Shown here: positions 1-8,423 of the stretch, in pieces
How positions within the stretch are numbered: the first letter of the stretch is position 1
How the letters are laid out: each line of letters begins with the position of its first letter
Source of the DNA: Chloroflexota bacterium
GTDB taxonomy: Bacteria; Chloroflexota; Anaerolineae; B4-G1
DNA length: 64,000 nt
Direction of reading: 5' to 3'
Assembly (NCBI GenBank): GCA_012514315.1
Contig: JAAZAN010000096.1
Coordinates: 1,884-65,883, forward strand
Program-made: the position numbers and the translations under genes
The notes under the pieces: generated by a model
The model's input: only the letters and a program-made list of their open reading frames with translations
What the model was told of the DNA's origin: nothing
The model's database searches: none

Positions 1-930
1 AGCGGCTATATGCGCATCACATACGGTACTTCCCGTGTGGGGTACGCGGCGAACTCGATCGTCTACGCGAATCCGACGCCGCCGGCTGCGCCCACCGGGT
101 TGACCGCGACCCCTGCGGGACAGGTCCAGATCACGCTCAACTGGGTGGACAACGCATCGAATGAGGAGGGTTTCCGGATCGAGCGGTCGCCTGGGGGCGC
201 CAATACGTGGACCCAGATCGGCACGGTGGGACCGAACGTGACGACGTACGCGAGCGGAGGTCTGACGTGCAACACCCAGTACGATCACCGGGTGCGCGCC
301 TACAACGGGGCGGGGAGTTCAGCGTACAGCAACGTGGCGCCAGCAACAACCGGCGCTTGCGCGCCGTTGACCGCCCGTCAGTACCTGCCAACGGTCTACC
401 GACGCCATCCGGTCATCCCAGACGGGGTGCTCAACGGCAGCTTCGAGAGCGGCGCGGCACACTGGACGCAGTACTCATCACACGGTTGGGCGCTGATCAT
501 GAACTCGGGCTTCCCCGGATCCGTGGCGCCGCGCACGGGGAGTTGGGCGGCCTGGCTAGGCGGCGACGATGATGAGATTGCGTACGTGCGCCAGCAGGTC
601 AGCGTGCCGCCGGGCGCGCCTTACCTGACCTACTGGTACTGGATCGCCTCGTCGGATAGCTGTGGCTATGATTTCGGCGGCGTGCTGGTGAACGATGCGA
701 CGGTCGTCGACGTGTATGAGCTGTGCAGTGCGACGAACACGGGAGGGTGGGTCAAGCGCACGGTGGATCTGAGTGGCTATGCTGGCCAGTCGATCTCCTT
801 CCAGATCCGGGTGGAGACAAACGGTTCGCTCAACAGCAACCTGTTTGTCGATGATGTGTCGTTCCAGGCCAGCGCGGCGGCTGCGGGCGATCTGGACGGC
901 GCCCAGCGCACGAGCCCGGACGCTGCCTAG
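1..930 (+). CDS. Surface/secreted protein, 5' end cut by the window edge: fibronectin type III domain plus a C-terminal jelly-roll (carbohydrate-binding-like) domain
   Basis: The frame is open from nt 1 (AGC GGC TAT ATG). FN3-like segment: LTATPAGQVQITLNWVDNASNEEGFRIERS...YDHRVRAYNGAGSSAYS. The C-terminal ~170 aa (NGSFESG..HW...FVDDVSFQ) resembles the C-terminus of the 36385..39090 protein. Confidence 0.6.
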   Translation, partial: SGYMRITYGTSRVGYAANSIVYANPTPPAAPTGLTATPAGQVQITLNWVDNASNEEGFRIERSPGGANTWTQIGTVGPNVTTYASGGLTCNTQYDHRVRAYNGAGSSAYSNVAPATTGACAPLTARQYLPTVYRRHPVIPDGVLNGSFESGAAHWTQYSSHGWALIMNSGFPGSVAPRTGSWAAWLGGDDDEIAYVRQQVSVPPGAPYLTYWYWIASSDSCGYDFGGVLVNDATVVDVYELCSATNTGGWVKRTVDLSGYAGQSISFQIRVETNGSLNSNLFVDDVSFQASAAAAGDLDGAQRTSPDAA

Positions 931-1158
931 GCTCGCCTCGGTAGCGCACAACCTGTACCGCGGACACGGTCGCCGCGCGTGTTTGGGGGCCGGTAGGGTG
1001 TGGTTCGTTCGATTTGGGGACGGCGCCCTCAAGTGGTGTGTCTTGCGTGCTTCATCGGTGGGGATAGTGGGCGCGACGATGCGCCTTCCGCGGTGAACCA
1101 TAGACAGAGAGGCGGCTGTCGATGCGCTAGTGTGCCGGCAGCCGCCCCTGGAATCTGA

Positions 1159-2172
1159 TCAGCTCAGCAGGCTCCAGTCGAAAATGACGCCCAAATCGCG
1201 CGAGCGATCGGTCAGCAGGTCGGCGTACACAGCCGGCGCGTCTGCTGGCGAGCATCGTCGCGTTGTCAGATCGGCGACAGTCATCCGACCCTGGACAATG
1301 TAGTCCATGAAGAGGGCTCTGGTCTCTTCCCCGGTCCAAGGGTTGAAGGGTGACGCCTCGGACGGATTCATAGATGCGTGAATAGCCAGAATGGCGAGCG
1401 AGCGGCTCAGCACCCGCGGTCCCAGGTGCTGCTGCGATGGGGTCGGCGTATCACCGACGAGGACGACGCGACCCAGCTTGCGGAGCAGCTCTGTGGACGG
1501 CGCCAGGGCGGATGGGTGGCCAGTCACGTCAAACACTGCGTCGAGCATGCGGCCAAGAGTGAGTTTCTCGATCTCGGCCCTGGCCTGCGTGGCGTCCATC
1601 GTGAGGGCGTGCGTCGCCCCGCGCGTCAGCGCGCGCGCCGCACGTCCGGGAACGGGATCAATAGCGAAGATCTGCCGCGCGCCACAGACCCAGAGGTACT
1701 GCACGATCAACTGCCCGAGCATACCCAGCCCGACGACGCCGACTGTCTCGCCCATCGCCAGCTCTGCGCGGCGAACCGCCAACTGTGTCGTGTTGCTCAG
1801 CGACAACCAGGCGCCATCTTCGTACGATACGCCGTCAGGCAGCTTCTGAACGCGATTGGCGCCGACTCGGAACAGCTGCTGATGCGGAACAGCCACGCCG
1901 ACGCGGTCGCCCTCGCGAACATCCTGGACTCCGCTTCCGACGGCGATGACGCGCGCGGACATGCTGTAACCCGGACGAAACGGATAGCGCACCCAGCCGG
2001 CCCAGTTGGTGCCCGGATCGAATACGCCCCGGAGGCAGTGAAGCTCGGTTCCGATGCTGATCAGCGAGCGTTCGGCGGCGCACAGCACCTCGCCCGGCTC
2101 AGGCGATGAGACATCCTCTTCGAAGAGATCGACGGCGTTGGGTTCGGTGAACACAATGTAGGTTGACTTCAT
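1159..2172 (-). CDS. Zinc-type (MDR family) alcohol/polyol dehydrogenase
   Basis: 337-aa ORF. GroES-like N-terminus (GEVLCAAERSLISIGTE...GYSMSARVIAVGSGV..GDRV) and Rossmann segment VGVVGLGMLGQL. Last gene of the sugar ABC operon. Confidence 0.8.
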   Translation of the reverse strand: MKSTYIVFTEPNAVDLFEEDVSSPEPGEVLCAAERSLISIGTELHCLRGVFDPGTNWAGWVRYPFRPGYSMSARVIAVGSGVQDVREGDRVGVAVPHQQLFRVGANRVQKLPDGVSYEDGAWLSLSNTTQLAVRRAELAMGETVGVVGLGMLGQLIVQYLWVCGARQIFAIDPVPGRAARALTRGATHALTMDATQARAEIEKLTLGRMLDAVFDVTGHPSALAPSTELLRKLGRVVLVGDTPTPSQQHLGPRVLSRSLAILAIHASMNPSEASPFNPWTGEETRALFMDYIVQGRMTVADLTTRRCSPADAPAVYADLLTDRSRDLGVIFDWSLLS

Positions 2173-2204
2173 GATCGATGCTCCGTGGATAGTGTACGGC
2201 TGAC

Positions 2205-3299
2205 CTAGAACGGGTAGAAGTCGCGTGCGGTGTCGAACGCGGCGACGATGTTCTCCGGCGGCGTGCCGGCCTGGATGGCGTGTGACGGCCCCAGTATGTA
2301 GCCGCCGTTCCTGCCCAGTGTGCTGATCAGATGCTGGACCTCGTTGCGGACATCGTCCACCGTGCCGAATGGCAACGTAGTCTGCACGCTGACGCCGCCC
2401 TCAAAGCAGAGTCGCTCGCCGAAGCGATTCTTGAGGTCCGCCGGGTCCATGCCCTCGGCGCTGAACTGCAGCGCCTGCAGGATGTCAATGCCCATGTCGA
2501 TCAGGCCATCGACGAAACTGCTGACCGCGCCGTCAGTGTGGTAGATCACCTTGACCCCGTCGAAGTTGTGGATCGCTGCGTTCATTCGTTCGTGATAGGG
2601 CTTGATGAACGTCTCCCACATCTGGCGCGACATCAGGGGGCCCTGCTGCCCGGCCAGGTCGTCGGCTGTGAAGACCAGGTCGATCTCCCCCTGGCCGGCC
2701 TCAAGGACGCGCGCGAAGAACGGAACGTAGAAGTCGGTGACGCGGCCCATAATGGCGTGCACCAGCTCCGGGTTGAGCGCCATGTCCATGAACATGTTTT
2801 CGAAGCCGCGCATGTACCAGGACGTCTCGAAGATATTGCCGTTAGCGACGATGACGCACCGCTCACCATCGGCCTGGATACTGGCGATGCGCTCCGGTAT
2901 GACAGAATAGTCGAACCATTCGACGCTGGGCCAGCGATGGGCATTGAGACCGTCGACATCCTCCACTCCAGCCAGGGGATAGAACTCGATCTCGTCGTAG
3001 CTACTGTCTGGATCCCCATAGCTGTAGTTCACGGCTTTCCGGCGCACCGACCAGATATCCTCGCCCTCGCTCAGCGATGGCCCGATGTACTGAGGAGCCA
3101 CGCCTCGGATGTCGATGAGCGGATCCAGGTAGGCTTCAACCGAGAGGCCACGCGTGCGTTGGAGGTAGTCGGTCAACGCACGGTATGCGGGCGGATTGAT
3201 GCCGGAGCAGACCATCGCGATGGGGACGCGGTCCGTTTCCTGATGATCCAGCGCCAGGCGCACGCGCTCACGGCTTGACATTGTCTCTCTGCGTGACAT
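2205..3299 (-). CDS. Uroporphyrinogen decarboxylase (URO-D) family protein, MtaA/CmuA-like, substrate unknown
   Basis: 364-aa ORF. N-terminal RERVRLALDHQETDRVPI and C-terminal GGYILGPSHAIQAGTPPENI are typical of URO-D-fold proteins. The start could be 3281 (MSSRER). Confidence 0.75.
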   Translation of the reverse strand: MSRRETMSSRERVRLALDHQETDRVPIAMVCSGINPPAYRALTDYLQRTRGLSVEAYLDPLIDIRGVAPQYIGPSLSEGEDIWSVRRKAVNYSYGDPDSSYDEIEFYPLAGVEDVDGLNAHRWPSVEWFDYSVIPERIASIQADGERCVIVANGNIFETSWYMRGFENMFMDMALNPELVHAIMGRVTDFYVPFFARVLEAGQGEIDLVFTADDLAGQQGPLMSRQMWETFIKPYHERMNAAIHNFDGVKVIYHTDGAVSSFVDGLIDMGIDILQALQFSAEGMDPADLKNRFGERLCFEGGVSVQTTLPFGTVDDVRNEVQHLISTLGRNGGYILGPSHAIQAGTPPENIVAAFDTARDFYPF

Positions 3300-3332
3300 A
3301 TCGTCTCTCCAAGTAGGTGCAGGGCGGGTGGA

Positions 3333-4241
3333 CTATCCCTTGATTCCCGACATCACGACGCCACGGACGAAGTACTGCTGCAGGAAGATGAACAAGAGGA
3401 GCGAGGGCAACGTCATCATCATCGCCGAAGCCATCAGCAGATGCTCGGTGGCTCCACCGCCCGCCTCTGCCGACCGACGGTAGTACTGCAGCCCGAGCTG
3501 CAGTGTGAACTTCTCCAGCGTGTTCAGATAGATGAGGGGATAGAAGAAGTCGTTCCAGCTCCCAAGAAACGAGAAGATGGCCATCGTGATGAAGACGGGT
3601 TTCGACATCGGGACCAGGATACGGAAGAAGATGGACAGTGAAGAGGCTCCATCGATTGTCGCGGCCTCGTCGAACTCCTTGGGGAGCGTCAGAAAGAACT
3701 GGCGGAATAGGAAGATGGCGAACGCGCCGCCGCCAAAGTAGGCTGGCACGATCAGCGGGTTGTAGCTATCGAGCCACCCCAGGAATCTGAACAAGATGAA
3801 CTGGGGGATGATCGTGACTTGACTGGGAAGCATGAGGGTGCTCAACATCACGACAAACAGCGCGTCGCGTCCGGGGAAGCGGAAGCGCGAGAATCCATAG
3901 GCAACGAGCGAGGCAGATAGCATCTGTCCGATCAGCGTCGCGACGGTGACGACGATACTGTTGCGGTAGAAGAGCGCGAAGGGTATCTGGCGCCAGATCT
4001 CAATGTAGTTGTGCCACTGGAAGACCTTCGGAAACAGCGTGGGCGGAAAGATGAATATCTCGCGCGTGGTCTTGAGCGATGTGAACAGGGCCCACATGAA
4101 CGGACCACCGAACAGCACCGCCAGCACCAAGATGAGCAAGTAGGTACCTGATTGAAGCAGATGCCGTCTCCAAGTGCGGCTGCGACGCGTCCTCGTCAGC
4201 CCGTTGGCTGCCTGCTGTACGGCGACTGGCTGTGATCTCAT
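3333..4241 (-). CDS. Carbohydrate ABC transporter permease (MalG-like)
   Basis: Six predicted TM segments and an EAA loop (EAATIDGASSLSIFFRILVPM). The start abuts the stop of the upstream permease. Confidence 0.9.
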   Translation of the reverse strand: MRSQPVAVQQAANGLTRTRRSRTWRRHLLQSGTYLLILVLAVLFGGPFMWALFTSLKTTREIFIFPPTLFPKVFQWHNYIEIWRQIPFALFYRNSIVVTVATLIGQMLSASLVAYGFSRFRFPGRDALFVVMLSTLMLPSQVTIIPQFILFRFLGWLDSYNPLIVPAYFGGGAFAIFLFRQFFLTLPKEFDEAATIDGASSLSIFFRILVPMSKPVFITMAIFSFLGSWNDFFYPLIYLNTLEKFTLQLGLQYYRRSAEAGGGATEHLLMASAMMMTLPSLLLFIFLQQYFVRGVVMSGIKG

Positions 4242-5203
4242 CAGATACCCCCCGACTGTGTCTCATAGTAGACCCAGCTCCGCGCCATTCGAAGCTGCAG
4301 ATAGGTCAGAAGCAGCACCATGAAGAAGAAGACCCACGCCAGCGCCGATCCGTAGCCCATCTCCCAGTACATGAAGGCGTATTTATACAGGTTAAGTACA
4401 TAGAAGAGCGTTGACTGCGACGGGCCGCCAACCGAGTGAGCCCCGCTCGAGGCGACGTAGGCAGAGGAGAAGAGCTGCAGAGCGCCAATGATGCCCATAA
4501 CCAGGCTGAAGAAGATCGTCGGAGTCAGCAGCGGTAGCGTGACGCGCCAGAAGCGACTCCACGAGCCCGCTCCGTCGATCTCGGCCGCTTCGTGAAGCTC
4601 GATGGGGACGCCCTGCAGTCCGGCCAGAAAGATCAGCATCGTTCCTCCGCCAACGCTGCCCCACAGCCCGATGATGATCAACGCGGGCTTCGACCAGGTA
4701 GGGCTCGCGAACCATCCAGGTCCGTCGATGCCGATCAGCGAGAGCAGGTAGTTGATCAACCCGACCTGAGGATTGAATATCCAGATCCACAGCATCATCG
4801 CAGCGACGATCGGGGTGACTGAGGGCAGGAAGAAGATGGTACGGAACAGCGCCCTGCCCCTGATCCGGCCGTTCAGCAGCATTGCGCAGAGTAGCGAGCC
4901 GGTGACCCCTACCGGGACCGCTATCGCCGTATAGTACAGAGTGTTCTCCAAGGATTTCCAGAACGTTGGGTCGGTGGTGATGCGGGCATAGTTGGCCAAC
5001 CCGGTGAATCGAGGCGGCTGGATTAGGGCAAAGGTTGTCAGGCTCAAGTACAGGGACGCGAGGACTGGTCCAAACGTGAAGACCAGGTACCCGATTATCC
5101 AGGGCGAGATGTACGCGTACCCCAGGATCGCCTCATGGCGTTCGAGCGTGAGCCAGGGTCGCTTACGTCCGCTGCTATCTGCTTGCCAGGTCCCCGTTGT
5201 CAT
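4241..5203 (-). CDS. Carbohydrate ABC transporter permease (MalF-like)
   Basis: EAA loop EAAEIDGAGSWSRFWRVTLPLL. I chose the ATG at 5203 (MTTGTWQ) because AAGGAG lies 9 nt upstream. The track ORF extends to 5302. Confidence 0.85.
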   Translation of the reverse strand: MTTGTWQADSSGRKRPWLTLERHEAILGYAYISPWIIGYLVFTFGPVLASLYLSLTTFALIQPPRFTGLANYARITTDPTFWKSLENTLYYTAIAVPVGVTGSLLCAMLLNGRIRGRALFRTIFFLPSVTPIVAAMMLWIWIFNPQVGLINYLLSLIGIDGPGWFASPTWSKPALIIIGLWGSVGGGTMLIFLAGLQGVPIELHEAAEIDGAGSWSRFWRVTLPLLTPTIFFSLVMGIIGALQLFSSAYVASSGAHSVGGPSQSTLFYVLNLYKYAFMYWEMGYGSALAWVFFFMVLLLTYLQLRMARSWVYYETQSGGI

Positions 5204-5342
5204 AGTGATGCACTCCTTGCGTCCGGCCGCTGCCCACATCATGATTGTCAGCGGCCGGACGGATCTACTGAGTGGCATGGAGAGGCCAACCTGGCATCGC
5301 ATTCACTCAGGTTGTCGGCCTCTCCACTGTGCGTCCCTTACG

Positions 5343-6737
5343 TCACGTTAGCAGCGACGGTCTGTCGAGAGTCTCCTGGCCGGCCTGGACGACGTCGGGC
5401 ATGACCTCGTCGAACGTCCTCTCGCCTGTCCAGATTGGCTCGAGGCCCTCGTTGACCACCTGCCAGTACTCCTTCTCGCGGAAGTTCGCCGGGCAGGGCA
5501 GCCGGGGTGGCATACCCTCCGCCTGCAGCATCTCCGTGTTGACCTTGAAGTGCGGATCTGCCAGGGCTTCCTCGCTCTCCCAGATATCCGGTCGGCAGCC
5601 AGGGACGCTCCGATAGTCACGCCAGAGCTCCATGCCTGCCTCGTAGCCGCACACATAGGTGAGGTACTCGAAGGTCTCCGCCGGGTACTTGGAGGCGGCG
5701 GTGACGCCGACATTGTCGACGAACATGACGAGCCCGCGTCCGGCTGGGCCGAGCGGGGTGCCGACGACGCCCCAGGAGTCAGGTGCGACGTAGTCGTCCA
5801 CGACCTTCCCCCAGAATCCGCTCTGGAACATGGCCAGTTTGCCGGCAGCGAACATCTGGTATTCACTGCCCGCGAGTTCGGCGGTTGTAGGCGTAACCCC
5901 GTGCACGTGGAAGAGGTCGCTGAATACCCGCATGCCCTCGACCGTTCCCGGCGCATCGATATTCGTCTTCGTGCCGTCGGCGCTGAGCAGGTCTCCACCG
6001 TAAGCCCGTGCAGCCGCCGGCGGGCTGCCGCCATAGTAATTGCTCGTTACCAGGCCGAAGATTCCTTCGTCTGGTTTGCTGAACACCTTGGCCGTCTCAA
6101 TCATCTCGTCCCAGGTCCAATCCAACGCTGGGTACTCGACGCCGGCCTCATCGAACATCGTCTTGTTGTAGTAGATATCGCTGCCCGACCCGATGTTGAG
6201 GAGGTACGGCAGGGCATATAGGTTCCCCTCGTACCGGAGCGCCTCGATCGATTCTGGGTAGAATTGGTTCAGGTCGTAGTCTTTGGATGCGACAATGTCG
6301 TCGAGGGCCGCGTAAATGCCCGTCGCCGCATACTGGTCGAAACCGTTGCCCAACCAGATCCAGAAGGCGTCGCCTATCGTGCCGCCTGCCAGCATCGTAT
6401 CGAGCTTCTGGTAGTAGTCCGCGTCCGAGAACAACTCTGTCTTGACGAAGACATTGGGATGGTGCTCCTCGTTGTACAGGTGGGCGTACTTGTTGAAGTG
6501 ATCCCCCTGGTCTCCCAGTCTGGCTTCGATGCGGAGCGTAATCGGCTCAGCTTGCTCGACGATGGTTGTTACCTGGGGCTCTGACGGAACCTCCACTTCG
6601 CGCGTGACCTCGACTGGGACCTCGACGGTCTCTCGCTCGGTGATCACCTGCGGAGCGCAGGCGGCCAGTGCTGCGCCCGCTGCACTCAATGCGCCCAACC
6701 GCAGGAACTGACGCCGACTGATTGACTTGCTATCCAC
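5343..6737 (-). CDS. Extracellular solute-binding protein (CUT1 sugar ABC), Tat/lipoprotein-type signal
   Basis: Twin-arginine signal SRRQFLRLGALSAAGAALAAC, followed by a family-1 SBP-like body. A GTG at 6737 is preceded by AAGGAGG at 6-nt spacing. Alternative starts are 6761 and 6821. Confidence 0.85.
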   Translation of the reverse strand: MDSKSISRRQFLRLGALSAAGAALAACAPQVITERETVEVPVEVTREVEVPSEPQVTTIVEQAEPITLRIEARLGDQGDHFNKYAHLYNEEHHPNVFVKTELFSDADYYQKLDTMLAGGTIGDAFWIWLGNGFDQYAATGIYAALDDIVASKDYDLNQFYPESIEALRYEGNLYALPYLLNIGSGSDIYYNKTMFDEAGVEYPALDWTWDEMIETAKVFSKPDEGIFGLVTSNYYGGSPPAAARAYGGDLLSADGTKTNIDAPGTVEGMRVFSDLFHVHGVTPTTAELAGSEYQMFAAGKLAMFQSGFWGKVVDDYVAPDSWGVVGTPLGPAGRGLVMFVDNVGVTAASKYPAETFEYLTYVCGYEAGMELWRDYRSVPGCRPDIWESEEALADPHFKVNTEMLQAEGMPPRLPCPANFREKEYWQVVNEGLEPIWTGERTFDEVMPDVVQAGQETLDRPSLLT

Positions 6738-6998
6738 TTGGGTCCTCCTTTGACTTGTCATGGGCCTATGGTAGAATCGTAGCCCGTGGGGCAACCCCAC
6801 ACTGGTAAGGCGGCAGGTCACCTTCCCTGAGCCGGTGGGTGACCTGCACGCTATCCGGATTCATTCCGGAAGGTGCAGCGGTCCCGACTTGTCGATGCGA
6901 CATCACCTCCTCCCAGAGTCTCACTCCATATTCGCACCCCGCGCCAACAGACACAGTCTTTGTCCGCGCCGCGGATGGCCCTTGCGCTGGTCTGTAGC

Positions 6999-7027
6999 TT
7001 GACAACCCGCTGGGCTTGCGATACGAT
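6999..7027 (+). promoter_or_regulatory. Sigma-70-type promoter candidate for the 7101 gene
   Basis: TTGACA (6999-7004), 17-nt spacer, TACGAT (7022-7027). Confidence 0.5.
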
Positions 7028-7100
7028 GGAGGCGGCAGAGGGCCAGCTGGCTTCTCTGCACATCGTGTGCGCGTGAACTCATCATAGCATAGCGCCTGGC

Positions 7101-8423
7101 GTGAGTCCAGAGCAGAAACGAGTCAGAATAGTGTCACAGTGTCCTGCAACAGCGGACGAGTTCAGAGACTGGCTCTCCGAGGTTCTCGTCCGCCTCCACG
7201 ATCCAGACTACGATCCACCGGCTCGCTTCGTCCAGGCGCTGGGATGCCAGCGTGAGGACGGTGCTATCGGGGTGCAGACGGCAATCCTGGCAGCTATCGG
7301 CGGCCTGAAGCCGTCGGACGGCATACCGTCAGCAACCCACGATCGGCGTGTGTTCGATTTCCTGCATCACCGCTTCGTGCTGGGGCTGACCCGCGAGGAG
7401 ACGGCTGAGCGCCTGCACGTCAGTGTCAGCAGCGTGCAGCGTGGCCAGCGGGAGGCGATTCACGCACTGGCGCGCATCCTCTGGACACGAGATCGTGAGG
7501 CCGGAGAGGGACCGGAGGGCCGCGAGGAGTCGGAACCGACGGGGGTGCAGGCTGCCGACTGGCGAGACCAGGCGCAGCGAGAGCTGGCGGTCCTGCAGAC
7601 GGTTGCACCCGACGCCGTGTCCGACGTCGCGTCGGCGATATCCGACGCGCTCGAGCTGACCCGTTCCTTGATCGCGCAGGCCGGTGTGTCGGTCGAGGTC
7701 GCGTTTGTGCAGCGCGATTTGGTGGCTGGGGTCCATCCCACCGCACTACAGCAGGTGTTGATCACGGCGCTGGAGCGGTTCGCCGGCCACATTGAGGGCG
7801 TGCTCTCGGTCTACGCCCGCCTTGAAGATGGCAACGTGAGGATCACATTCACGGGTTCGGCCCGACCCGGCAACGAAGGGGTGTCTCGGGCTCTTGTCGA
7901 CGAGATTTTGACGCCGGATGATGTCTCGGTTGATGTCGGCGTCGAGGGGGAGCAGGTGTTCCTGTGGATCGAGGCCCCTTACGTCGGGCAGGCCACGGTA
8001 CTGGTCGTCGACGATAACCCCGATATGGCTCGCTTCTATCGCCGCTGCGCCCAGGGAACCCGATACCGCATTGTTCATGTTCCTGAGGGCGAGGGGCTTC
8101 TGGAGCTGGTCTGCAGGTCAAGTCCCGATGCGATCCTGCTTGACGTTATGCTGCCCGACATCGACGGATGGCGGCTGCTGATGCATCTGCGTGAAAATCT
8201 GGAGACGCGTTCCATACCGGTGGTCATCTGTTCTGTCGTGCGGGAGGAGGCGCTGGCGATGTCGCTGGGCGCGGCCGCCTATCTGGCGAAGCCCATTTCT
8301 CCCAGCGAGCTCATCCAGACGCTGGATCGATTGGTGCCTCCAGCCGGAGCAGAAGCGCCGAGACACTCAGAAGACAGCGCAGGAGGGCGCGCATCGGCAA
8401 TCCGTCGTCGATCGTGGCAGTGA
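7101..8423 (+). CDS. Atypical response regulator: N-terminal sigma-70 region-4-like HTH, central HATPase-like segment without an H-box, C-terminal receiver domain
   Basis: GTG start. HTH LTREETAERLHVSVSSVQRGQREAIHAL. Central LQQVLITALERFAGH...VRITFTG...VFLWIEAP. Receiver TVLVVDDNPDMARFY...AILLDVMLPDIDGW...YLAKP. Confidence 0.75.
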   Translation: MSPEQKRVRIVSQCPATADEFRDWLSEVLVRLHDPDYDPPARFVQALGCQREDGAIGVQTAILAAIGGLKPSDGIPSATHDRRVFDFLHHRFVLGLTREETAERLHVSVSSVQRGQREAIHALARILWTRDREAGEGPEGREESEPTGVQAADWRDQAQRELAVLQTVAPDAVSDVASAISDALELTRSLIAQAGVSVEVAFVQRDLVAGVHPTALQQVLITALERFAGHIEGVLSVYARLEDGNVRITFTGSARPGNEGVSRALVDEILTPDDVSVDVGVEGEQVFLWIEAPYVGQATVLVVDDNPDMARFYRRCAQGTRYRIVHVPEGEGLLELVCRSSPDAILLDVMLPDIDGWRLLMHLRENLETRSIPVVICSVVREEALAMSLGAAAYLAKPISPSELIQTLDRLVPPAGAEAPRHSEDSAGGRASAIRRRSWQ

